Assembly: GCA_965662845.1 (NCBI GenBank) | Contig: CBFIJD010000004.1 | Location: forward strand, 113,964-128,254 | Reading direction: 5' to 3' | Length of the DNA stretch: 14,291 bases | Origin: an uncultured bacterium | GTDB lineage: Bacteria > SAR324 > NAC60-12 | Shown here: positions 1 through 8,661 of the stretch, piece after piece | How the letters are laid out: each line of letters starts with the position of its first letter | Numbering within the stretch: the first letter of the stretch is position 1 | Translations under genes and position numbers: made by a program | Notes under the pieces: model-generated | The model's database searches: none | Seen by the model: only the letters and a program-made list of their open reading frames with translations | Told to the model about the DNA's origin: nothing

Positions 1-579
1 GGCGGAACCCATCACGCTTTTCCCGATTATGGCTCCGGCTTCTGCATCTTCAACGATGCGTCGGTCGCCGCTCGATTGTTGCTTCGGGAAGAGTTGGTGC
101 AACAAGTGCTGATTGTTGATCTAGACGTTCATCAAGGGGACGGCACCGCTTTTATTCACCAGAACGAACCGTCTGTGTTCACCTTCTCCATGCACTGCGC
201 GATCAATTTTCCATTCCAAAAACAGCACAGTGACCTTGACCTGCCGCTGCCAGAAAATATGGAAGATGCCGAGTATCTCAACATTTTGGAAGCGCGGCTG
301 CCCGCTTTACTCGACCGAGTTAGCCCTGACCTCGTCATTTACAACGCTGGGGTCGACCCTTACCTCAAGGATCCACTCGGGAAGCTGAATTTGTCGCTGG
401 AAGGATTAAAGACGAGAGATCGCTTTGTGCTGGAAAGTTGCGCGACCAGAAAAATTCCGGCGGGTTGTGTCATCGGTGGTGGATACAGCAAAGACCACGC
501 GGAGCTGACTTATCGCCACTCCCTCATTCATCGTACGGCTGCGAGCGTGTTTGCGAGTCACTGGGCGCCGCTTCAATGA
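1..579 (+). CDS. Histone deacetylase-family (Zn-dependent amidohydrolase) protein, 5'-truncated by the window edge
   Basis: Frame 1 is open from base 1 and reads GGTHHAFPDYGSGFCIFND, then DLDVHQGDG, YNAGVDPY..DPLG and GGGY. These are the HDAC catalytic His pair, Zn ligands and Tyr motif. The ORF-track start at 76 is internal. Confidence 0.95.
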   Translation, partial: GGTHHAFPDYGSGFCIFNDASVAARLLLREELVQQVLIVDLDVHQGDGTAFIHQNEPSVFTFSMHCAINFPFQKQHSDLDLPLPENMEDAEYLNILEARLPALLDRVSPDLVIYNAGVDPYLKDPLGKLNLSLEGLKTRDRFVLESCATRKIPAGCVIGGGYSKDHAELTYRHSLIHRTAASVFASHWAPLQ

Positions 580-1114
580 TCTTTTCCCGTTGTGCTGCCA
601 ACCAATCTCCGAGCCACAGCTGATCTCGCTCAGGTAGCCGATAGCGGGCTTCTAGCAACAGATTTTGCACCAGCGGGGTGAGCACCAGCAACACTTCGTC
701 TCGCCAGTTAGAAGTGGCCTGCAGGGCCGCATCATAACGCACATCTCCGACGCCTAGCTGCCGTTGAAAGCGGAAGCGCTCGCTCACATACTTCTCTGCC
801 ACAAACGTGAGCTCCAGCTGCGATGCTCGCAAATCAAAGTTGAAGCGGAAGCGCCCTTGTTCGTCAGGAAACAACAGACGGGCTTTGGGCGCAAACCGCT
901 GTCCTCCCATTGGATCGGGGGCAAAGGTCCCATAAAACTCCTGCAAGACGACAAAGGAATTCTCCAAGGGGGCTCCTGTTTGGGCATCGCTCACGACGCC
1001 GCTGACCTCTCGCGTTGTCCATCCCCACTCATGCTCTACGGCCGCGCCATAGCACCCCGTCGTCAGCAACACTCCCGCTCCAACCGCAACGCGCAAGACG
1101 TCTCGACGCTTCAT
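524..1114 (-). CDS. Putative Tat-exported lipoprotein (196 aa) with a carboxypeptidase-regulatory-like beta-sandwich segment
   Basis: ATG at 1114 overlaps the TGA of the upstream ABC ATPase (ATGA). N-terminus MKRRDVLRVAVGAGVLLTTGC has twin Arg, a hydrophobic stretch and an imperfect lipobox Cys. VSGVVSDAQTGAPLENSFV...DEQGRFRF resembles the carboxypeptidase-regulatory-like fold. Confidence 0.7.
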   Translation of the reverse strand: MKRRDVLRVAVGAGVLLTTGCYGAAVEHEWGWTTREVSGVVSDAQTGAPLENSFVVLQEFYGTFAPDPMGGQRFAPKARLLFPDEQGRFRFNFDLRASQLELTFVAEKYVSERFRFQRQLGVGDVRYDAALQATSNWRDEVLLVLTPLVQNLLLEARYRLPERDQLWLGDWLAAQREKIIEAAPSDSQTRSQPYDE

Positions 1115-2064
1115 GTTGCCTCGACCGCAAAGCAGGCTACGCGATGTCGCGCTTGGACATGCGTCCACTCAGGGAGGCGCTGGGCGCAACGTTCTTGACG
1201 CTGTGGGCACCGCTCCAAAAAAGGACACCCGCCGCCGCTCTTAGCTTCGCTCTCTTGGTTTAACGCAACCTGCAACCCAGCCTCACGGCGGCTGATGGAG
1301 GGCAGACTCCTCAACAGCAACTGTGTATACGGGTGCCGCGCTTCATGAAGCTGTTGCTGCGGCAGTTCTTCTACCAAATGTCCTCTATACAACACCAAAA
1401 TCCGGTCGCAGAGTTGGTTGACCACCGCAAGATCGTGCGAGATGAACAGCATCGCCAGCCCCCGCTCATTCCGCAACGTCTGGAGCAAGTTGAGAATCTG
1501 CGCCTGAATCGACACATCGAGGGCGGAGACGGGTTCATCTGCCACCAGCAGAGACGGTTCTGCAGCAAGGGCACGGGCGATGGTGATGCGCTGACGTTGT
1601 CCTCCGCTAAACTCATGCGCGTATTTGTACTGCGCATCTTTGGGCAGCCCGACCTCATCTAGCAACGCCCCGATTTTCGCCGGGGTAGCTTTGTCATGTC
1701 GATGTAGGTTCCACATTTCTGATAACAAAAAACCGATGGGCAGTTTGGGGTTCAGCGAAGAGAATGGATCCTGAAACAGCATCTGCACTTTCCCAAAGTA
1801 TTGCTTGGGAGGGATCTCTTGGATGTTCTGCCCGCCCAAATGAATCGAGCCTGCAGATGGGGTGTAGATGCGCAAAATGAGGCGTGCCAACGTGGATTTG
1901 CCACAGCCCGATTCACCGACGAGTCCAAGAATCTCTCGTTTGGCGAGGGTCAGTTCAATGTTTTGTAGCACGGGGGAGGGGGGTACGCGGTGCTGCAAGA
2001 GACCGCGTGAGGCAGGAAACGCGTGGGAAAGTTGCTGCACACGCAGCAGAGCATCAGCGGACAA
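1111..2064 (-). CDS. Oligopeptide/dipeptide ABC transporter ATP-binding protein (OppF/DppF-like)
   Basis: Walker A GESGCGKS, FQDPFSSLNP, signature FSGGQRQR, Walker B LLVADEP, SHDL, HPYT and a Cys-rich C-terminus (CPFLERCPQRQERC...VACF). TTG start 8 nt after the fliN stop. Confidence 0.95.
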   Translation of the reverse strand: MSADALLRVQQLSHAFPASRGLLQHRVPPSPVLQNIELTLAKREILGLVGESGCGKSTLARLILRIYTPSAGSIHLGGQNIQEIPPKQYFGKVQMLFQDPFSSLNPKLPIGFLLSEMWNLHRHDKATPAKIGALLDEVGLPKDAQYKYAHEFSGGQRQRITIARALAAEPSLLVADEPVSALDVSIQAQILNLLQTLRNERGLAMLFISHDLAVVNQLCDRILVLYRGHLVEELPQQQLHEARHPYTQLLLRSLPSISRREAGLQVALNQESEAKSGGGCPFLERCPQRQERCAQRLPEWTHVQARHRVACFAVEAT

Positions 2065-2072
2065 AGCAGCGT

Positions 2073-2381
2073 TTACTCACGTTTGTCGCCAATTTTTTCG
2101 TCCGGGCGAGTGACTTCCGAAATCCGGATGCCGTAGCGCTCATTTACGACCACGACTTCTCCTCGCGCCATTAGGCGTTCGCTCACGACCACATCCATGG
2201 GTTCGCCAACAACTTTGGTAAATTCAATAACAGACCCTTTCTTGAGAGCCAGAATATCCTTGATGAGCATGTCGGTTCGTCCGATTTCCACGGACATGAT
2301 CATCGGTACGTCTTCAATGAATTTGGAGGTGTGATAGACTTCGGAGTGATCTTCACCCTCCATCAAACCCATGTTACTCAT
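2073..2381 (-). CDS. fliN: Flagellar motor switch protein FliN (SPOA domain)
   Basis: DVPMIMSVEIGRT...KGSVIEF...GEPMDVVV...ARGEVVVVNERYGIRISEV is the FliM/FliN C-terminal pattern. SD AAGGAG lies 5 nt upstream of the ATG. Confidence 0.9.
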   Translation of the reverse strand: MSNMGLMEGEDHSEVYHTSKFIEDVPMIMSVEIGRTDMLIKDILALKKGSVIEFTKVVGEPMDVVVSERLMARGEVVVVNERYGIRISEVTRPDEKIGDKRE

Positions 2382-2402
2382 GCGGACTCCTTTGTGGGAA
2401 CT

Positions 2403-2840
2403 CTAGGGAAACGCGTTGGGTGCGTTATCTTCTATGTCAGCAGGATACGTACCAAATAAAATCTTCACCATTCCGGCCTGCTTCACGGCATCCAAGATCT
2501 GAATCACCTCTCCATGTGGGATGCTCTGATCGACATTTAACAAGAGTCCGCGCTGTCGTGCCACGCTATCGAGGCTTTGCAGAGCTTGCGGAAGCTCACT
2601 CCACCGCAACGGCGTTTGATCTAAAAACATCGTCCGATCCGCTTGAACCCGCAGCACGGGCAGGCTCCGCTCCGCGACTTGGCCTGTGGCGCTAGACGGC
2701 AACGTGAGGTCTACGCCCTGCTCATCCGTCAGGCGAGAAGAGACCGAAAAGAAGATGATGAGCAGGAAGAGAACGTCAATGAGCGGAGTCAGCATGATCG
2801 CTGGAGAACGACGTCTCCGGGTCTCTGCTAAGAAGCGCAT
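2403..2840 (-). CDS. exbD: Biopolymer transporter ExbD/TolR family protein
   Basis: TM segment LTPLIDVLFLLIIFF with the conserved Asp, then VDLTLP and a periplasmic tail DQSIPHGEVIQILDAVKQAG. Start overlaps the rseP stop (TAATG). Confidence 0.92.
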   Translation of the reverse strand: MRFLAETRRRRSPAIMLTPLIDVLFLLIIFFSVSSRLTDEQGVDLTLPSSATGQVAERSLPVLRVQADRTMFLDQTPLRWSELPQALQSLDSVARQRGLLLNVDQSIPHGEVIQILDAVKQAGMVKILFGTYPADIEDNAPNAFP

Positions 2841-4150
2841 TAGGACGCGATCGAGACGATGTCGTGGTAGGTGACAAAGACCATGAGTAGCAGCAGCGCA
2901 GAGAACCCAATCATCTGAGTTCGTTCTCGCATTTCGGCGCTCAACGGGCCGCCTTTGAGTTTTTCAACCATCAAGAAGAAGATGTGTCCTCCATCCAAAG
3001 CGGGGATGGGCAACAGGTTGAAAATCCCTAATTGCAAGCTGATCACGGCGACCAAGAAGAACAGCTCGCCGGCGCCACTGCGAACCGCATCTCCGATGAA
3101 CATTCCAATCCGCACTGGGCCGCCCAAATCATCAGTCGAGCCTTGCCCGCTGAGCATTTGTCCCAAGAAGCTGAAGGTGGTTTGTGTCAGGAACACGACG
3201 CGCTCTGCGCCCATGCTCACCGATTCACTGAAGCCATAATTTTCGCGGGTCGATCCAACTTGCAGACCTAACAAATAGCGGTTGACCTCAGCGTTGTACT
3301 GCGGTGCGACCTCCACCAAGACCCGTTGGCCGTCGCGCTGCAATGCTAGCGTCAACGGAGTCGCAGCCGCGGGTGGAGCCGGTTGCAGCTCCTGCACGAT
3401 ACGCGAGATGTCAGACCAATCGTTCACAGTCTCTCCGCTGATGCTCACCAGGCGATCACCGACTTGCACCCCTGCGGCTGCGGCCACCGAGTCAGAAGAG
3501 AGCTTGCCAATCACTGCTGGGATTCTCGGCACCCACCCCATCTCTCCGTACTGTTGAACCTCACGCATGCTGCCCAACACTTCCACCTCGCGGCCGTTGC
3601 GTGCCACAGTCAATTGCAAGCTGTCCGCTGGTGTCAGGTTCCCCCACTCCGCCTGAAGGGTGCGCCAATCTGAGACGCTCTTCCCATTGATTGCCACCAC
3701 TTCATCGCCAGGTTGCAACCCAACAGAGGCGGCAAAGCTCTCCGTCTTAATCTCATGCACAATCGGCGGAGCAGAGAGATAAGAAGGCGCATCGACGCCA
3801 ACGAGATAGACGAGGGGCATGAACAAGAACGCGAACAGCAGATTCATGGCTGGGCCGGCGACTAAAATGTAAAAGCGCTGCCACACTGACTTCGCCGCAT
3901 AGTTGCGAGGATCTTCCGCATCTTCATCGCTGACGTTCTGCCCGAACAAGCGCACGTATCCCCCCAGAGGAATCCAACAAATTTGATATTCGGTGTCTCC
4001 ATATTTGAAGCCCTTCATCCGCGGCGGGAACCCAATCGAGAATGTTTCGACCCGCACGCCGACGTGTCGCGCAGCGAGATAATGCCCCAACTCGTGAATG
4101 AAGATTAAAAATCCCAACACCAATACGAAGGAGATGACAGTCGTGATCAT
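2840..4150 (-). CDS. rseP: RIP metalloprotease RseP (site-2 protease, two PDZ domains), 436 aa
   Basis: HELGH Zn motif, IPLGGYV, AGPAMN, two PDZ repeats (AASVGLQPGD, AAAAGVQVGD) and FNLLPIPALDGG. ATG at 4150 overlaps the dxr stop (ATGA). Confidence 0.96.
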   Translation of the reverse strand: MITTVISFVLVLGFLIFIHELGHYLAARHVGVRVETFSIGFPPRMKGFKYGDTEYQICWIPLGGYVRLFGQNVSDEDAEDPRNYAAKSVWQRFYILVAGPAMNLLFAFLFMPLVYLVGVDAPSYLSAPPIVHEIKTESFAASVGLQPGDEVVAINGKSVSDWRTLQAEWGNLTPADSLQLTVARNGREVEVLGSMREVQQYGEMGWVPRIPAVIGKLSSDSVAAAAGVQVGDRLVSISGETVNDWSDISRIVQELQPAPPAAATPLTLALQRDGQRVLVEVAPQYNAEVNRYLLGLQVGSTRENYGFSESVSMGAERVVFLTQTTFSFLGQMLSGQGSTDDLGGPVRIGMFIGDAVRSGAGELFFLVAVISLQLGIFNLLPIPALDGGHIFFLMVEKLKGGPLSAEMRERTQMIGFSALLLLMVFVTYHDIVSIAS

Positions 4151-5343
4151 AAATTCTTTTCTAGCAACCGTTGTAGTTGTTGACGCCCCCACTGATCGGC
4201 AGCGAGCGCATCGGAGAGGGTTCGGGGATGGCGCAAGTGTGCCGGCACATCCGGGCTCGCAGCAACTTGCGCATGCAATTGCATCACTTCGCTAAGGTAG
4301 CTTGCAATGTCACAAAAGCGCAACTGTTCATCCAAGAAGCCAGCCACCGCCGCCTCATTCGCGCCGTTCAACACAGCGGGCGCAGCGCCTTGATCTTTCA
4401 GAGCCTGTAGCGCCAGGAACAAACACGGGTAGCGCTTCGGTTCGGGCGCTGTGAAATGCAGTGAGGCTAAGTCTGGGAGACGTAAGCGGGGGAGGTCTAA
4501 CGGCAGACGCTCAGGATAGGCCAAGCAGTACGCCAGCGGGATGCGCATATCCGGTTGCCCCAACTGCGCCAAGAAGGAGCCATCAACATACTCCACCAGC
4601 GAGTGGACAACGCTCTCGCGGTGCACCACCACTTCAATCTGCTCGGGAGGCACTCCAAACAGCCAAAAAGCTTCAATGACCTCTAGGCCCTTATTCATCA
4701 TCGTCGCCGAATCCACGGTGATCTTGTTCCCCATCTCCCAGTTTGGATGCTGCAGCGCATCTTCCCGTTGAATGAGAGGGAACTTCTCTAGCTCCAAATC
4801 TCGAAAAGCGCCGCCAGAAGCGGTGAGGATCAAGCGCGCGACATCTTCCTGGCGATGACCAACCAACGCCTGAAAAATCGCGTTGTGCTCACTGTCCATT
4901 GGCAACACTTTGCTCCCGCTGCGACGGGACGCTTCCATGAACAATTCTCCCGCGAGCACAAGCGATTCTTTGTTGCCAAACACTAAATCCTTCCCAGCTT
5001 CGAGCGCGGCGAAGCAAGGAGCCAACCCCGCGCTGCCGACAATGCCCGTCACGACCAAATCAACCGCAGGGTTGCGCACCGCGTCACAAAGCCCGGCTTC
5101 TCCACACTTGACCTCTAGCCGCTCGGCCGCAAACAGTTGACGCAGCTCGGCGACTTGCTCCGCATTCGCCACCACCACACAAGCAGGCTGAAACTCACGA
5201 ATTTGCTCAATCAATTTGGGAAGGGAGCGCTGACAGCTGAGGCACTGCACCCGAAACCGCTCAGGGAATTGGCGAACGATTTTCAGAGTGCTGCCCCCAA
5301 TGGAACCGGTGGAGCCCAGCAGCGCAATATTTTTGGGAGTCAT
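4147..5343 (-). CDS. dxr: 1-deoxy-D-xylulose-5-phosphate reductoisomerase, 398 aa
   Basis: LGSTGSIG, NKESLV, DSEHNAIFQ, LTASGGAFR, HPNWEMGNKITVDSATMMNKGLEVIEA. ATG at 5343 overlaps the cdsA stop (ATGA); the track start at 5586 lies inside cdsA. Confidence 0.97.
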   Translation of the reverse strand: MTPKNIALLGSTGSIGGSTLKIVRQFPERFRVQCLSCQRSLPKLIEQIREFQPACVVVANAEQVAELRQLFAAERLEVKCGEAGLCDAVRNPAVDLVVTGIVGSAGLAPCFAALEAGKDLVFGNKESLVLAGELFMEASRRSGSKVLPMDSEHNAIFQALVGHRQEDVARLILTASGGAFRDLELEKFPLIQREDALQHPNWEMGNKITVDSATMMNKGLEVIEAFWLFGVPPEQIEVVVHRESVVHSLVEYVDGSFLAQLGQPDMRIPLAYCLAYPERLPLDLPRLRLPDLASLHFTAPEPKRYPCLFLALQALKDQGAAPAVLNGANEAAVAGFLDEQLRFCDIASYLSEVMQLHAQVAASPDVPAHLRHPRTLSDALAADQWGRQQLQRLLEKNL

Positions 5344-6173
5344 GAGAAGAGGTGGAGCCAGTAGTAGAAGAACGGCGTGGTCAGCAAGAAACCATCTGTA
5401 CGATCCAGAATGCCTCCGTGACCTGGTAAAATCACACCAGAGTCTTTGACTCCGCACATGCGTTTCAATTTCGACTCCGCCAAGTCCCCAACTTGGCTCA
5501 GCAACGATACCAGCAACGTAAAGAGGAGCGCAGCGAGAAAGGAGAATTCCAGCCATGTGACGGCGAACCCTGTCCCGATGAGACAACTGCCAAGCGTCCC
5601 ACAGAAGCTCCCTTCACGCGTCTTTTTGGGGCTGATTCCTGGCGCTAGCGGAGTTTTTCCAAACCAGCGGCCTCCGAAGTAAGCAAGTGTGTCTGTGAGC
5701 ACCACGATGAGCAAGAGCAGAAACAGCGAAGCTTCCCCCTGCGGCAGAGACTTGAGCAAGGTCATGTGGGCAAAGCTCCAAGCCACCCAGAACAGCCCGA
5801 GCAACGCCCACCCCAGAGAAGTGGTCTCGACCAGTGTTTGCTTTTTGGCAAAGACCAACTCGTGCAGAATCCATCCTCCTACCACGAGCACCAGCATCGC
5901 GTTGAGCCCTGCGACTCCTGCAAGCAGCGGACTCAGCCCGAGCAGAGCCCCCGAAATCAGCCACGCGTTCTTGTGCAAGCGGATCTTCTGCTGGCGCAAC
6001 ATGTGCCGGTATTCCTGCATCCCCAACACAATGACGATGAGCACCAGCATCCCCACCCACTGTACTGAGCCGTAGGCAAGAGACAACACCACGACCAGCA
6101 CCATCAAGAGACCACTCGCTAGGCGTTGACCTAAGTTCGTGGCAAACAGCTTGGATGGGGAAAAAGTGGTCAT
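5340..6173 (-). CDS. cdsA: Phosphatidate cytidylyltransferase
   Basis: Polytopic membrane protein with DTLAYFGG..FGK..LAPGISPKKT.EG and GDLAESKLKR..GVKDSG.ILPGHGGILDR.D; sits in its usual place between uppS and dxr. Confidence 0.97.
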   Translation of the reverse strand: MTTFSPSKLFATNLGQRLASGLLMVLVVVLSLAYGSVQWVGMLVLIVIVLGMQEYRHMLRQQKIRLHKNAWLISGALLGLSPLLAGVAGLNAMLVLVVGGWILHELVFAKKQTLVETTSLGWALLGLFWVAWSFAHMTLLKSLPQGEASLFLLLLIVVLTDTLAYFGGRWFGKTPLAPGISPKKTREGSFCGTLGSCLIGTGFAVTWLEFSFLAALLFTLLVSLLSQVGDLAESKLKRMCGVKDSGVILPGHGGILDRTDGFLLTTPFFYYWLHLFS

Positions 6174-6191
6174 GAAGCGATTAGTTTGGAA

Positions 6192-6935
6192 TCAGGCCGT
6201 TGCCGTGGTGACATCACCCATGCGTCGATGGCGTTGTTGAAAGCAGAGGAGGGCATTCAAGAAGTCTTCCCGATTGAAGTCAGGCCAGAGCACTTCAGTG
6301 TAGTAAAACTCGGCATACGCCGCCTGCCAGAGCATAAAGTTGGAGAGGCGCTGCTCTCCACTAGTCCGAATGATCAAGTCTGGATCCGGCAAATTTGCGG
6401 TGTAGAGATGACGCGTCATCGTCGCTTCGTCGATGGCCTCCGGCTGCAGAGCGCCTTGCTGGACAAGCTCTGCGATGTGCTGCACAGCCCTCACCAGCTC
6501 GGCACGACCACCGTAGTTCAAAGCTAAGTTGAGCGTCAGTCCCGAGTTGTTCTGCGTCATTTCTAGCGTGCGTTGTAACGGATCTTGCAGGAAGTTGGGC
6601 AGGCGCGAGATATCTCCTGCCAGCTGCAACCTCACGTTGTTATCCAGCATCGTCTTCAGCTCTTTGTGCAGATATTCATACAGCAGCTCCATCAACACCG
6701 AGACCTCTTTCTGAGGTCGCACCCAGTTTTCTGTCGAGAAAGCATACAACGAGAGCGCCTCGAGCTGTAGCTCCGCCGCCGTCTCTACGGTTGAACGAAC
6801 CGCTTTGACCGCGTTACGATGGCCTTGAAAACGTGGAATTTTTCGTCTCTGCGCCCAACGGCCATTTCCATCCATGATGATGCCAACATGGCGGGGCAAC
6901 CGCTGTGGATCCAGTGACGCTGGAAGAGATGTCAT
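6192..6935 (-). CDS. uppS: Undecaprenyl diphosphate synthase (cis-prenyltransferase)
   Basis: HVGIIMDGNGRWA, YAFSTENW, NYGGR, DPDLIIRTSGEQRLSNFMLWQ, WPDF and a C-terminal RxG. Confidence 0.97.
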   Translation of the reverse strand: MTSLPASLDPQRLPRHVGIIMDGNGRWAQRRKIPRFQGHRNAVKAVRSTVETAAELQLEALSLYAFSTENWVRPQKEVSVLMELLYEYLHKELKTMLDNNVRLQLAGDISRLPNFLQDPLQRTLEMTQNNSGLTLNLALNYGGRAELVRAVQHIAELVQQGALQPEAIDEATMTRHLYTANLPDPDLIIRTSGEQRLSNFMLWQAAYAEFYYTEVLWPDFNREDFLNALLCFQQRHRRMGDVTTATA

Positions 6936-6987
6936 GCGGGGGATTGAAGGAGAAAGTGGGGAAATGTTTCAGCGAAAAATGTGAGCG

Positions 6988-7016
6988 AACGTATGACAGA
7001 GACCTCTCAAATGCAA
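6988..7016 (-). promoter_or_regulatory. Candidate sigma70 promoter for the uppS operon
   Basis: Minus strand TTGCAT-17 nt-TACGTT in the divergent gap, overlapping the palindrome CAAGAA-TT-TTCTTG (7014-7027). The -10 is weak. Confidence 0.3.
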
Positions 7017-7097
7017 GAATTTTCTTGACTATGTCTTTTAGCAAATCGGCCTTTCCGCCGTTCTGTTCCCTCCATGCTTTTTGAAGGAGATGCGCCT

Positions 7098-8120
7098 TTG
7101 GCTACCCGAATCTTGCTCATTCAACTCCGACGAATCGGCGATGTGCTGATGACCACTCCAACCATCCGGCAACTCAAGCACGCTTGGCCAGAGGCTGAGT
7201 TATGCTTTCTCACAGAGAAACCATCCGATCAGGTGCTGCAGCACAATCCTCATTTGCAGCAAGTCTGGACGATTCCACGCAAGCCTTCCCTCCCCGAGCT
7301 GTGGCGATGCATCCAACAGGTTCGTCAGCAGCAGTTTGACATTGTCATTGATTTTTTTGGGAACGCGCAAAGTGCGCTGCTCTGTCGCCTCAGCGGCGCC
7401 CCTCAACGCGTTGGTTTTGCGTTTCAAGGGCGCCGCTTACTGTATACAGACACGATCTCTCTACAGAATGGGCCGGTGCCCTATTCCACAACGCACAAGC
7501 TCCGCCTGCTAGAGCCGTTAGGGATTGCAGCGACTCAAGACTGGCTACCCGAATTCCCCATCGCTGACACAGATCGAGATTTTGCGCGGCAGCTCTTGGG
7601 AAGATGGGACGTCTCCCCCGCGGCTCCGGTGGTCTCCATGTCGCCAGTCTCTCGTCAACCCTACAAGCGGTGGCCCCTCCAAAACTTTGCTGAGATCGCA
7701 GACTGGCTCATCGAAGAGTTTGGTGCGCAAATCTTGTTTATCTATGGGCCTGGCGAAGAAGAACCGGTCAATGCCGTCCGTCAATTGATGCGAAATTCGC
7801 CCCTACCCAACTATGAACCTCCAACGTTGGGGCAAACACGCGCGCTCTTTGAGCAAGTCGTCTTGCATGTGGGCAATGATAACGGCCCCTGCCACTTTGC
7901 CATCGCTGCAGGAACCCCGACAGTGGCTATCTTCGGACGCCCGAAAGCGGCCAACTGGACGCCTCCCAACCACCCGCAGCACCTCGCTGTGGAATATGAC
8001 CCTGGCTGCAAACGCTCTTGTGTCTATCCAAATTGTGGGATCGAGTGCGTGCAAGCGCCCACTCATGAAGTCAAAGCCGCCGTCACCACACTCTGGAACC
8101 AACTGGACAGGCAGGCTTAA
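7098..8120 (+). CDS. Glycosyltransferase family 9 (LPS heptosyltransferase, RfaF/RfaQ-like)
   Basis: RILLIQLRRIGDVLMTTP, FDIVIDF, KRWP..NFAE, GNDNGPCHFAIAAGTPTVAIFG and a C-terminal Cys cluster. Start placed at TTG 7098 because of SD GAAGGAG at 7083-7089; ATG 7074 is the alternative. Confidence 0.92.
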   Translation: MATRILLIQLRRIGDVLMTTPTIRQLKHAWPEAELCFLTEKPSDQVLQHNPHLQQVWTIPRKPSLPELWRCIQQVRQQQFDIVIDFFGNAQSALLCRLSGAPQRVGFAFQGRRLLYTDTISLQNGPVPYSTTHKLRLLEPLGIAATQDWLPEFPIADTDRDFARQLLGRWDVSPAAPVVSMSPVSRQPYKRWPLQNFAEIADWLIEEFGAQILFIYGPGEEEPVNAVRQLMRNSPLPNYEPPTLGQTRALFEQVVLHVGNDNGPCHFAIAAGTPTVAIFGRPKAANWTPPNHPQHLAVEYDPGCKRSCVYPNCGIECVQAPTHEVKAAVTTLWNQLDRQA

Positions 8121-8224
8121 ATGAAGGGGCGAGGAAAGCTTGAGGCAACTCTCGGCGCAGCCGCAAAATGATACCTTTCCCCAAGCGCAGACGGCTCAGC
8201 TCTCTCATCCGAGAAGGTTGAACC

Positions 8225-8464
8225 TCACTCACCAGGAGCGGCACCATCGAGCGCGTCAATTTGGTCCAGCAAATGTTGTTCGCGTTCATCGAACTCCTCC
8301 TCGGTAATCTGACCCGTCTCCAACTGACGGTGCAGCTGTGTGAGCTCTGCCACTAGTTGTTCTCGGGATTCCACCTGAGCGTGTTCAGCGGCTTCATAAA
8401 TCTTTTTGAAGATCCACATTGAACCTTTGAGCGGAGAAAGCAGAATATCATCCAGCAGAAACAT
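8225..8464 (-). CDS. gvpG: Gas vesicle protein GvpG-like, 79 aa
   Basis: MFLLDDILLSPLKGSMWIFKKIYEAAE...AELTQLHRQLETGQITEEEFDEREQHLLDQI matches the GvpG pattern (N-terminal LDDxLxxP.KG, C-terminal GxIxEEEFxxRExxLL). SD GGAG lies 4 nt upstream of ATG 8464. Confidence 0.85.
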   Translation of the reverse strand: MFLLDDILLSPLKGSMWIFKKIYEAAEHAQVESREQLVAELTQLHRQLETGQITEEEFDEREQHLLDQIDALDGAAPGE

Positions 8465-8661
8465 GGGGCTCCAAGGATTACAAGTATGCGAGACGCTATC
8501 AGTCCCCTCTTGCAATGGGGAGACTCCAGCAGATGACCGACTGTAGCAGAGCTCGGCTTGGTTTGCTCTGATGCGATTTGACCGCCCGCTGCGGCATCAA
8601 GGGTCGCGGAGCTTCAAAGCAAAGCACCGCCGCTGTTACCTCACTATTTCCAAGGATTTAC

